A stretch of 61,247 nucleotides of DNA, counting the filler. It is 11 parts of 11 records of this genome, joined end to end, with 100 filler letters (N's around TTAATTAATTAA, not from the genome) between each part and the next. Parts side by side here need not be neighbours in the genome. Positions count along the whole stretch, not along the records: positions 4,781 to 12,413 come from SRR15195285_1928; positions 12,514 to 16,798 come from SRR15195285_1930; positions 16,899 to 21,785 come from SRR15195285_1932; 8 more parts are not named here. The stretch is one strand, 5' to 3'. Each line of letters opens with the position of its first letter. Position 1 is the stretch's first letter. The translations under genes and the position numbers were made by a program. The notes beneath the pieces were generated by a model. That model did not search any database and had not been told where the DNA came from. It was given only the letters and a program-made list of their open reading frames with translations. Below, piece by piece: positions 9,315-19,251 of the stretch.

Positions 9315-12300
9315 TCAAATTGCCTCGTGTCCGTCGGCGCTTGTGTGGCTATGTCTGATGAGATCAGCTCGTGTGATGATGCCCTCCACCGCGTTGAGCT
9401 CTGATGTTACCACCAAATGACGTAGCCCCATTGTTCGGAACAGCCGATGTACCTTTGACGCGCAGGTGTCAGCCAGCACGTGATAAGGAGCCCTATTCAT
9501 CGCTTCAGCGATGTTCAAGTACAGATCCTCTTGTGCCGGCTCGAGATTGGCCAGCGCTTCATCAATGAGACCGTCGTGATTGGAACGATGCTTGGCATGA
9601 TCCATTTCGCTGACGGTCACTCGCGTTGCTGGCGAGGGCAGCAGCGTCATCTCCATCGCTGTCCCTCCGGTAGTCGCACACTGGTCCGAGCTATCCGGCG
9701 TTCTGGTGCGATCAACTATCTCTGTGCGCACTTCACCAGCGCCGGGAATGTGGCCGCTTTTAACACGCTCTAGCCGCCCTTCTTGCTCGTTTCTGCGATA
9801 AAATCGCTGGCGTTTCAAAAGAACGCCAAGGTTCTGCAGCAGAATGATTCCTTGGTATACCTGCACCGCATGATGCCCAACCACGACTTCCTTGACTACT
9901 GGGAAGCCATTGCAGCGCTGACCAGGGGTCTGTAGAAGCTGTCGCACGTCGCGCACTTTCATCTCTGTCTTCACGCATATGGGATCTCGGCACATGATAT
10001 CTCTGGCTGACTTGTGCTTCAACGCACGCGTCGGTTCGTTCTCAAGAAATGGGATTTTCTTGATGTGCATCGCAGTGTGATAGATCCCATCGTTAAGATG
10101 GTCCCCGACCCACTTCGCGCATACCGTTGTGAAGATAATCGGAAGTAGATAGTCGATCTTCCCCGTGCCCTCCACGATGATCACCACGAGTGAAACAGAA
10201 GATCGCTGTATCCCTCCAAGTAGCCCAACTGCCCCCAGAAGAGCGTATGGGCCAGCATGCGAGATAGTGTTTGTCAGATACTGAGCGTATTCCGGGTCGT
10301 CAATTCGCATACCGCCATGACCGTGGTCGGATGGTTCGAAAGGACGATTCGCAATGCACACATCGAAGGCTACCAGGCAGCTGATGTATTTAGCGCATCG
10401 CCCAAAGAGTGCGCCGAAAGTGCAGCCAACAACGATCGTGGGCATGAAGATGCCAGCAGGGACAGCGACGCCGAAAGAAATGACCATCAGCATGAAAAAC
10501 GACACCGCTATTGTCACGAGGCTATAAATCGAGAACGCGTGTGGATTCTCGACCAGTGAGAGGATGGAATTTTCGCGCGAGCTCAAAAAGATCGTCGCCA
10601 TGTCGTTGTACTGCTTCTCTCCTCTCTGCGTCAGCGGACAGTAGAACGGATAGGTGTCGTACTTGTATGATAGGGTGGAGCTATTCGTTGCGACAGACTC
10701 TGGGCGGCAAGCGAATTCGAAATATGCACCCACCCAGGGAAGTCCGTACATGACAGCAGAAGTCAAGAGCGAGATGAGGACGACCTCAATGACACGGAGA
10801 CCGTGCTGGCGCAGCCGCTGCGACATCTGGTTGCAGGCTTCACACGTAGTGCGCTTGTCGTCGTTAGGGGGCGGCTCGCCTGGCTTCGCAAGCAACGAAA
10901 TCCTGACGGCAACCAGCTTGTTGAAGATAGCACCGAGCACGCCGCTGAGGCAGCCAAGCACACAGCAGAGCAGCAGCTCCCATTGGTGTGTAAGCGTGAG
11001 AGACGCCTTCGTGTTGAGCGTTAGCATGCCCGGCTCAAACTTGTAGTTCCCCGAGCCAGCTTCCTTCGTGGCTTCAGCCTCCGAGCCACCCCTCGCAAAC
11101 AGCTCGTCCAAACTCCTGCACATTGACAAGGTGAAGCATGCTAACGATGTGGACAGCAACAGCCGCCACATGAGTTTCGCGTTCCAGAATGACGACGCCT
11201 CCTCCAGCGCAAACAGCACGCCTCCGACAGGTGCACCGAAAGCAGCTGCAAACCCCGCCGCAGCGCCCATGCTGATGAAATCGCGACGATCTGTGTCATT
11301 GTGGAAGAGTTGGAAGATGGAGAACTGTTCAATCCTTCGCTTGCCGCATGTCTTGTAGCCGCGCGTAAGGCCGGATCCAATGATCGCGCCGCTGTGCACC
11401 AACGGGCCTTCCGGTCCCACCGCCGCGCCAGACGACACGATCATCACGGTCCCCCAAATCTTTGCTGCCAGTGTCCGCAAGCGGAGCAGCCTGCGGATGT
11501 GCACGCCGTTCAGGTATCCCATCACTTCAGGTATGCCGGAGCCAGCTGCTTCCTTGGAGAACAGAACGACTGGCAGGCAGGCGAGCACCGCCAGAACAGT
11601 GTTGACCGTGAAGAAAAAGATGAGTGGCGAGCCGGCGTTCTGGACGCAACAAACTGCTCCCTGTTCGCAGATACCGTCCTCATTCTCCGCATTACTATCC
11701 CAATGGCAGTGCTCCCGGCCGACTGTAAAGTCGCCGCAGCCTTGCACCCACGCGCCAGATGCGTCATAATAGTCACTGTACTGCTGGACCTGTGCGCACT
11801 CGCGCGTGTTCTCGAAGCTGAAGGCGTCGCCTATGGACTCGGTGGCTGCGGCGGAGCCATCGCTCAATCCTAGACGGTCGTTGTCGCCCGTTCGTTGCAT
11901 CAGGTCGACCTTGATCCGCCTAGTCAGCTCCTCCATCTTCCAATCCGTGATCGCTTCGATGGCCTTGCTCATGCTGAACGCTGTGATCCCGATCAGCAGC
12001 CCGCACGCAGCGGTGAGCACCCAGCGCCCCACGGACGCAGCGGAGTAGCCGTAATACTTCTGTTTCGCCTGCTCTCTCCCGTATCCTTTGTCGAGGTCGT
12101 TGCGGATCTGATCATAATCGAGGGACTCGTGCTTGCTGCCTTGATCCTCCCCGTGCTTGTCGCCGTGCGTGCGCAGGCAACTGTTCCACTGCCGCGTCGC
12201 TCCTCCAGCCATGCCGGACGAGGCGTGCTCATCGGCGGCCGAGCTCGTCGAGCCCTTCAACTCCAGCACCATCAGGGGGTCCCCGAGCTCCTCCTCCGAA

Positions 12301-12332
12301 TCCGCAGAGCCACGGTACTCGGACAATTCCAT
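9315..12332 (-). CDS. CLC-family chloride/proton antiporter (CLC-6/7-like) with two CBS domains
   Basis: 1005-aa ORF with ESLDY, GSGIPE, GPEGPLVH, GAAAGFAAAFGAPVGGVLFALEE, GIFMP and GIYH, plus C-terminal CBS motifs (NGFPVV; LFRTMGLRHLVV..GIITRADL). Confidence 0.96.
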   Translation of the reverse strand: MELSEYRGSADSEEELGDPLMVLELKGSTSSAADEHASSGMAGGATRQWNSCLRTHGDKHGEDQGSKHESLDYDQIRNDLDKGYGREQAKQKYYGYSAASVGRWVLTAACGLLIGITAFSMSKAIEAITDWKMEELTRRIKVDLMQRTGDNDRLGLSDGSAAATESIGDAFSFENTRECAQVQQYSDYYDASGAWVQGCGDFTVGREHCHWDSNAENEDGICEQGAVCCVQNAGSPLIFFFTVNTVLAVLACLPVVLFSKEAAGSGIPEVMGYLNGVHIRRLLRLRTLAAKIWGTVMIVSSGAAVGPEGPLVHSGAIIGSGLTRGYKTCGKRRIEQFSIFQLFHNDTDRRDFISMGAAAGFAAAFGAPVGGVLFALEEASSFWNAKLMWRLLLSTSLACFTLSMCRSLDELFARGGSEAEATKEAGSGNYKFEPGMLTLNTKASLTLTHQWELLLCCVLGCLSGVLGAIFNKLVAVRISLLAKPGEPPPNDDKRTTCEACNQMSQRLRQHGLRVIEVVLISLLTSAVMYGLPWVGAYFEFACRPESVATNSSTLSYKYDTYPFYCPLTQRGEKQYNDMATIFLSSRENSILSLVENPHAFSIYSLVTIAVSFFMLMVISFGVAVPAGIFMPTIVVGCTFGALFGRCAKYISCLVAFDVCIANRPFEPSDHGHGGMRIDDPEYAQYLTNTISHAGPYALLGAVGLLGGIQRSSVSLVVIIVEGTGKIDYLLPIIFTTVCAKWVGDHLNDGIYHTAMHIKKIPFLENEPTRALKHKSARDIMCRDPICVKTEMKVRDVRQLLQTPGQRCNGFPVVKEVVVGHHAVQVYQGIILLQNLGVLLKRQRFYRRNEQEGRLERVKSGHIPGAGEVRTEIVDRTRTPDSSDQCATTGGTAMEMTLLPSPATRVTVSEMDHAKHRSNHDGLIDEALANLEPAQEDLYLNIAEAMNRAPYHVLADTCASKVHRLFRTMGLRHLVVTSELNAVEGIITRADLIRHSHTSADGHEAI

Positions 12333-12858
12333 GCTCAGCCGCCAGGCCCCCGGGGCCGAATCGAGCGACGCGCCGGAGCAGCAGCCGCCACAGTCAACTG
12401 TATGGGACCTCCANNNNNNNNNNNNNNNNNNNNNNNNNNNNNNNNNNNNNNNNNNNNTTAATTAATTAANNNNNNNNNNNNNNNNNNNNNNNNNNNNNNN
12501 NNNNNNNNNNNNNGGTAATTACCGGTTTACATCCCGGCGCTTGGCGGCGCCTGGAGAGAGACTGTGAGACTGCGAACCGCCGCGATTGAGGAGTCGTCGG
12601 TGTCCTGTGTGGGAGGACGTGCCGGGATGGCGCTGCGGCATGGGGCGCCAGCGGGCCTTGGGGTGGTTTGGCAGACCACGGGTCGGTTGAGAGCGCTGGT
12701 GGGTGTGCCAAGGCACGCGCGCACGGCGCGCGAGGCATGGGGAAGCGGGTTAGTTTAGGAGCTATTCGCGTGGCAGCGCGATGGTCCGCACGCAGACCAC
12801 TCCTCGCCTGACGCGTGGCGCGGCGGCGGCGGCGGCGGCGGCCCGGCTCAGCGGCGAC

Positions 12859-13188
12859 ATGGCGGGCCTGCGGTTCAACCCGGAGATCAACAAGATCGTC
12901 CAGGACAAGGGCTCCGACGAGGAGGACAAGGGCTCCGACGAGGAGGAGCGGGAGGAGCTCGTGCTCCATCTCGCGCGGGACGACGCTACCTCCGGGCTCG
13001 CGCGCCACCTGTCGCACGTGGCGTCGGCGACGGGGCGTGTGGCGCCGACACGCGCACCAGAACCCCCCCGAGCAGCGCGAGAAGAGCGCGCACCATGTGG
13101 CTTTAACAGGGACGACTGGGTTCTGAGCGAGGCGGACAGTGCCCACCGAACAGCCGCCGAGTCCCTGCCAAAACACGCATCGCGCTAG
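12859..13188 (+). CDS. Small hypothetical ORF (109 aa) with an internal 21-bp tandem duplication
   Basis: ATG at 12859 with GC3-rich codons in the first half. GACAAGGGCTCCGACGAGGAG occurs twice at 12904-12945. No recognisable domain. Confidence 0.3.
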   Translation: MAGLRFNPEINKIVQDKGSDEEDKGSDEEEREELVLHLARDDATSGLARHLSHVASATGRVAPTRAPEPPRAAREERAPCGFNRDDWVLSEADSAHRTAAESLPKHASR

Positions 13189-13249
13189 CCCCTCTGCGCC
13201 ACACCGCGTGCGCCTCACAGACCGCTGCAACGGCCGAGTTCCCAATTTA

Positions 13250-13380
13250 GATCTGATCCCCACCTGATCCCGAGCAAAATAGTGCTGAATTCCAGTACAG
13301 GACCACCCGATCCCCACCCGATCCCCACCCGATCCCCAGCAAAACTCGAAAAAGAGCACTGAATTCCGGTACAGGACTCA
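13250..13380. repeat. Cluster of imperfect direct repeats
   Basis: GATCCCCAC(C) units, plus two copies of AGCAAAA...CTGAATTCC(A/G)GTACAGGAC. Confidence 0.75.
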
Positions 13381-13668
13381 AAACGTCGACTGCAACCGAT
13401 TCTGGCCCCGGACGAGCCGCTGGGCTAGATCTAGTACACTTTGCATGTGTCTAGGAATCCCATTTATACCGAATGCCCGCGGCCGCGCGTCGTGCCTGCT
13501 CGCGCCTTGGTGTATTCATAAAAAGCAGCGAACTCGAGGAGATCAATTTGGTGCATTGCATTCCTCAGTGAGTTCTCCTTACTGACCCCTCACGGCGTGG
13601 CATACCGGATACCGGTCGAACTGCTCAGCAAGGGAGCTGCCCTCCCATACTATTGACTGTGTGGCATC

Positions 13669-14223
13669 ATGGGGGACCACGGCACTGGCCTGCTGGCCAA
13701 CCCGCTGATGCACTTCGTGCTCGTTTTGCTGGGCTGGGGGCTCTCGGAGTACTTCATGGTCATCAGCGGCAAGAAGCTCTCGGTGGCGTCCTCGATGTTC
13801 TACAACTGCGTCGGTCTGACGCTGATCAACCTGCCGAACTACTCCCACGTCCAGGCGTTCTCATCCGCGGAGGCGGGCTGCCTGATGGCTGCCTGCACCG
13901 GCATCTTCTACGGCATCGGCGACCTGTGCTTCTTCAAGCTCGCCCACGGCCCGACCGTAGCCACCAAAGAGAGTCCGGACACGTTTAGCAGCGCCTCAGT
14001 GCTCGCGCCGATCTGTGGTCTTTACGTGGTGATCCCGGTGGTACTCGGCGTCGTGATCCATAACGAACCCCTAACCTTCCACAAGGCGTTCGGGCTCACT
14101 CTGGCCATTGCGTCGATCTGGCTCCTGTCCGAAGAAGACGACGAGGAGTCCGAGGATGAGCACGACGAGAATGAGCCTGCTGGCGGACTTCGGGCGCTAT
14201 CTGCAGGACGCGCCGTGAGCTAG
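13669..14223 (+). CDS. EamA/DMT-superfamily small membrane transporter (single repeat)
   Basis: 184 aa with about 5 hydrophobic segments, the DMT-like C-terminal pattern ASVLAPICGLYVVIPVVLGVVIHNEPLTFHKAFGLTLA, and an acidic tail. Confidence 0.75.
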   Translation: MGDHGTGLLANPLMHFVLVLLGWGLSEYFMVISGKKLSVASSMFYNCVGLTLINLPNYSHVQAFSSAEAGCLMAACTGIFYGIGDLCFFKLAHGPTVATKESPDTFSSASVLAPICGLYVVIPVVLGVVIHNEPLTFHKAFGLTLAIASIWLLSEEDDEESEDEHDENEPAGGLRALSAGRAVS

Positions 14224-14693
14224 GTGTGCGGCGCGGCGGCGCTATTTCTCCGCATCTTCGTCAATCCCACTGCGCGAACGTGGTGGGGGCACTACTAGCG
14301 CCGCTCCTTCGCTCAGTGCGGCTGCACCATCTCGAATCGACCGCTGCATCCGATCTGAGTGTTTGGATCACTATCGGTACAGTACAGCGTCTTCCGAGAC
14401 GCTGTACGAGACGCTGTACTGGTCAGCGCCCAAGTGGCACAGTTTACGGCGACAGCAAAATACTGGTATCACGCGCAAGGCTGACTGCTGCAGGGTCGTC
14501 GCCGCGTGGTTAAGACGTCTGCGAAGCAATGGGCACGAGCCAGTGTACGCACTGTGGTGTTCGAACGAGACCGGCATGAATGAAGACCGGCGCTGCAGAT
14601 TTCCGTGGCTAGTCAGCGAAATGTGCAGCTCGAGCAAAGTAATTAAATGGATCTGCTCCGTTATGTTATTAAGTCATGCAATACGGTCGCCTC

Positions 14694-16730
14694 TTATGAG
14701 GAGAACCCTGCGGGTGCATCGTCCATAGCGCTGAACCCCTGCCCAGCGTTGCCTTCCCCTCCCCCGCCAGCAGCAATCTGCGCCTCCAGGTTCAGCTTCT
14801 CCCAGTTCGTTAGGCCGTACTGTGCTAGCAGACTTCTAACGCCCTTTGCGGAACCAGCCTCATCGCCTAGATCTTTCATTACGAAGCCGATCTGCTTGCG
14901 CTGCTTCCGACCGCCACGCCACATGCGGTAGTGGCGATGCAGGATTGCACCGTACAGCTCTGACGTGACAGCAATCGCCGGCGATACCTGCTGCCTGCCG
15001 CTACCTCCACGGCTGGCAACAGCTTTGCATCGATTCCGCAGCTCCGTGGTGAGAAAGCCAGAACGAAGAGCGTTCAGTGCCATGAGAGAAAAGTTCATCG
15101 ACGTTGCCGCGAAGCCATAGCACGACTGGTCGACATCCATCAAGATTTGCCGGGCCTTCTCACAATGTGTGGTCGAAACCCACAGCAAATGGTGGAGGCC
15201 TAGCATCCCAACGCCTCGCAAATCCGTGAGCGGGTTTGTACCTTGAAATCTGTATCAACCACCAATTGCAACAGCATCAGAAACCTCGCCACCTCAAACC
15301 AAGCTCCAACAACAGTCATATGCTCGGGCGGGTGTCTGGCTGGTAGCAGCGCGGGAGGTACTAGTAGAAGGCGCGACGCACCCAATATCACGCCAGTGTG
15401 GACCCTGACTGACGCAGTACTCTTTCGTTCCAGTGAGGCGCATATAAACTGTCTGCACACCCAGACATGCTGGCAAATCAGAGACAGGTCACGGAAGAGC
15501 AGGGAATCGGAGAAACTGTGCATGCGAGGCGAACCTGCAGCACACGCTCGTGCCAGATTATCGGGTCGTCGTTGCTGCGATCCATGACTGAAACGGCATC
15601 ACCACCAAATGGGTCTTCTTCGACAATGGCGTAGTTCGTTTTTGCAATCGCAGCGACCTGCAGAACGGCCAGCGCCAGTCAGTATGTGTTGGCGCTCGGA
15701 AAATGGTATCGGTACCGCAACGTACCAGCTGTACCTCCCGCTCGAGCTCTTCAGGAGGTGGGCCGCCGCTCATGCAGCAGCTGAACAAACCCCCGCCACC
15801 AATCGGAATGATCGGCGGCAGCTGATCCGCTGGCATAGCACTGATAGCAGCGATGAAACGCTCCGCAGCCTCCACAAAGCTTATTGGGTTGCCCCATCCT
15901 CCAAGCTTCGGCTTCACGCCCCTCCTGTCCGGGTTCATGCCAGCCTCCAGCATCTGGGCAGTGCTAATAGCCGCAGTTTTCTCGCGCTGTTCGACGACCA
16001 GGTCCCACTCCGCAGCCGCCGCAGCAGCACGGTCACTAGGTGGCGGTTGCGCGGTCGATTCCTGCGCCGCAGCGATGGGAGCTGGCGACGTGGCAAATGC
16101 GCTCGCACGAGCCGTACGAGCCGCAGCTGCGGCAGCAGCGGCGGTCGATCCGTGCGGGCCAGCTGTGGCATCCTCTTCCTCCTCCATCAACAGAAGGAGC
16201 TCCTCGCCGCCGTCTCCGTCCTCTTCAGACTCCTCCTCAGACTCCTCCTCGCCCTCCTCCATTGTCGGCGACAGGAATGCCGCTGGACCTTGCATCAGTA
16301 CCACGGGCTCTGGCGTTGGCGGCGCCTCAGGCTCAGCATCCTTTGCTGCCGCATCCTCTTTCGCCTTCTGTTCTTCCTTCTCCGCTATCACCATGCCAGC
16401 AATCGCCAGGGCCTTCGAGGCGTCGAACTTTTCTACTTTTGGCGCAGGCTGCGACAGAGCTGCGGTGGGCTGCATTTGGGGGACAGCGTCGTTAGCACCC
16501 AGCACTGTTGCCGCGGGCGGGCCACTGCTTAGCGACGCGCTGCCGGTCCGCGGAGCGGTAGCCTTCCATTGATCCTGCACACACGAAGCACCAACGCGCG
16601 TATCAGCACATCATCCGCGCCGCAGCCATAAAGCGCCATAATGCCGCCGCGTGCGCACCTGCGCCGCGGAGAGCACGTCGTCAAACTCATCATCAAACTC
16701 GTCCGCAGCGGCTGCACTGACGCCCGTCAT
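14694..16730 (-). CDS. ELMO/CED-12 domain protein (ELMOD3-like), 5 exons
   Basis: Exons 16730-16659, 16574-15726, 15657-15535, 15452-15382 and 15249-14694, all bounded by in-phase GT-AG introns. The spliced product contains LQTVYMRLTG...[26 protein letters not shown], the ELMO-domain signature. Confidence 0.88.
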
Positions 16731-17286
16731 CGCCCTCGCTCGGCCACAGCCTCAGAGCAAGACAACAACACAGAGAGACAGAGAGACAGAGAGACAGANN
16801 NNNNNNNNNNNNNNNNNNNNNNNNNNNNNNNNNNNNNNNNNNTTAATTAATTAANNNNNNNNNNNNNNNNNNNNNNNNNNNNNNNNNNNNNNNNNNNNCG
16901 GCGCCGGCGCGCGCGCGCGCGCCGCCGGCCGCGCGCCTCTTCCTTCGTTCGCGTTCCGCCCGTCCGGCGGGGTTCAAGAGACGCGCAAGCTAATGAGAAC
17001 GACGGAAGCTTCGTTCGCCACTTGCGCGATGGATTCGAATCCTCTTCGAGATGGCAATCTCAAGTCCGCGGCAGTGCTTGGCCAAGCCAGCAACACACCG
17101 GCAACACACCGGTATCAGGACCTGCAATCACAGCACTTGAGCAGCCGGGCACGCAACAAACACGTACGGTACCAAACCAGCAACCTGGTCAGCAGCGGCA
17201 GCAGCTGCAACCAGTACAGAACCAACCGCAGCCAGGAGTGAACTGTGGCCCTTGACAAGCAGACACAACTAGATACGCAACCGGCG

Positions 17287-18927
17287 ATGGAGCAGCAGAC
17301 GCCGAGCGTCGCTGCGGCGGTGAGGTCCGAGCGAGCTGGCTACAGCCACTCTGGGCAGTCTGCCCGGTGCCTGGCCTCGCTCCGCGCAACGGACGCCATA
17401 CCTCCCGAACGAACCCCACTCGATCTGGTGCTCGTAATCGACAAATCGGGTTCTATGGCGGGCAGCAAAATGCAGCTCACGAAGGAGACCGCCAACCTCG
17501 TCGCAAAGGAGCTCAGCACCATCGACCGCCTCTCTATCATCACCTACGACTCAGATGTCGCGTGCGCAATGCCGCTGTCTAAGATGGACGCTCACGGCAA
17601 GAGCCTCGCCGCGGAGGCCATATCATCGATCCGCCCTGGCTCCACTACAAACCTTTCCGGAGGGCTGATGCGAGGGCTCGCAGAAGTCCACGCTGCTGAG
17701 AATCCTGCGGAGACCACGTCGGTGCTCCTCATGACCGATGGGCTTGCAAACAACGGCATCTGTGACACAGAAGCTCTTACTGCCTGCATCGAAGGCATCC
17801 TCGCTGCACGCTCCACCCCATGCACAGTATTTACGTTCGGGTACGGGGCGGACCACAACGCGGAAATGTTGCGCTCCATATCAGACTGCGGAGGGGGGCA
17901 GTACTACCACATGGAGAACGGGGATGCTGTAGCGAGCTCATTCGCCGACTGCATTGGCGGTCTTCTCTCAGTTGTCGCCCAAAATGTACGGCTACACCTG
18001 CATGCATCGCCATCAACATCAGTCAAAGTGCTGAGCCAAGGCTACAAGACGTTGACCGATGCAGCTACTGGCACTGTCGAAATCAATCTTGGTGACATCT
18101 ACTCGGAAGAGAGCAAAGACATCTTATTTGAGGTCGACCTTCCTGCGGGGGATGGCACCACAAACGTGACCGCGAGCCTGTCATATCTTGACGTTCTGAG
18201 GACTGAGCTAGTCACGTCGCAGCATGCACATATCGCCCTGGTTAGGGCAGACGAAACATCCATCGAGGCTGATACTCAGGTGGTCGAGCAGGCAAACCGT
18301 GTAGAGACGGTCATCGCCATCAAGCGAGCGAATGAGCTTGCTTTCACAGGACATTGCCCTGAGGGGCGACACGTGTTGGAGGAAACGATGCAGCGTCTGA
18401 AGCTCTCTCCATGTGCAAAAGACTCGGCACTGACCACAAAGCTCATCGCTGACCTGGCTGAGTGCCACGGTGGCATGCAGGACCATCGTTCATTCACCAG
18501 CAGTGAGTGGTGCAGACAGCAGTGTGTGATGCAGAGCCATTCTCGACAGCGCCAGAGTCATTGCACTCCCACTCGGGCGCTCGCAGAAGGTAAGGAGGCT
18601 TGGAGCTCCGATTCGCCCTACGACACCAAGTGTAAGCGATCAATGCGCAGCAAGTGGTCTGCATCAGCGGCGTCACCCTCTGTTTCCGCGCCGTTGGTCG
18701 CAAAAGACTCTACATCGGTCGCTGCTCCTACTGGCGCTGGCGCCGGCGGTGCAGGCGCCGAGTCGTGCAGTCGTCGAGTCGTGCAGTCGCCGAGACGTGA
18801 AGATGACATTGCGACAATTCTAGCCAAGCAGTGCTCACAGGGTTCGGGCACCGAAAGCATCTCCGCAGAAGAGTTTGTTGTGGTGGATACACCCAAACCA
18901 TCTGTCGAGGGTTATGCGTTGGACTGA
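17287..18927 (+). CDS. von Willebrand factor A domain protein with a Vwaint-like C-terminal region
   Basis: PLDLVLVIDKSGSM (MIDAS DxSxS), GSTTNLSGGL, LLMTDG, VFTFGYGADHN and FADCIGGLLSVVAQN. The C-terminal SHSRQR...SPYDT resembles Vwaint. No Hint or RING domain is visible. Confidence 0.88.
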   Translation: MEQQTPSVAAAVRSERAGYSHSGQSARCLASLRATDAIPPERTPLDLVLVIDKSGSMAGSKMQLTKETANLVAKELSTIDRLSIITYDSDVACAMPLSKMDAHGKSLAAEAISSIRPGSTTNLSGGLMRGLAEVHAAENPAETTSVLLMTDGLANNGICDTEALTACIEGILAARSTPCTVFTFGYGADHNAEMLRSISDCGGGQYYHMENGDAVASSFADCIGGLLSVVAQNVRLHLHASPSTSVKVLSQGYKTLTDAATGTVEINLGDIYSEESKDILFEVDLPAGDGTTNVTASLSYLDVLRTELVTSQHAHIALVRADETSIEADTQVVEQANRVETVIAIKRANELAFTGHCPEGRHVLEETMQRLKLSPCAKDSALTTKLIADLAECHGGMQDHRSFTSSEWCRQQCVMQSHSRQRQSHCTPTRALAEGKEAWSSDSPYDTKCKRSMRSKWSASAASPSVSAPLVAKDSTSVAAPTGAGAGGAGAESCSRRVVQSPRREDDIATILAKQCSQGSGTESISAEEFVVVDTPKPSVEGYALD

Positions 18928-19251
18928 ACCGATCCGAACAGGGATCGATGTGGGCTATCGAATCTACGACTACTAGCATTGTGCATTTTGAAAAGACCTT
19001 TTGGTTTACAGCCGATCTCGACGTCAAGCGTCGAGAGAAACTTTCACTGTGAGTGAGCAATGCAACAGCTGTGATCAGACCACTGGTACTAGTAGTCAGC
19101 CTGTCAGCGTTCTGCGTTGAATAAGTTTTATATTCGCATTTTGCAAATGCTTTACCTATCTTCACTTCTACACTCAGTCCACCGCAACTTTCATTAAATT
19201 TGCACAGCCCATGCAAATTGCACTCGTCAATGAGGCACTCATCAACGTCGC

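Noticed and set aside
18480-18927. Possible Hint/intein domain after the Vwaint region
   Set aside because: The tail is short and low complexity, with no Hint-type Cys start or TxxH motif.
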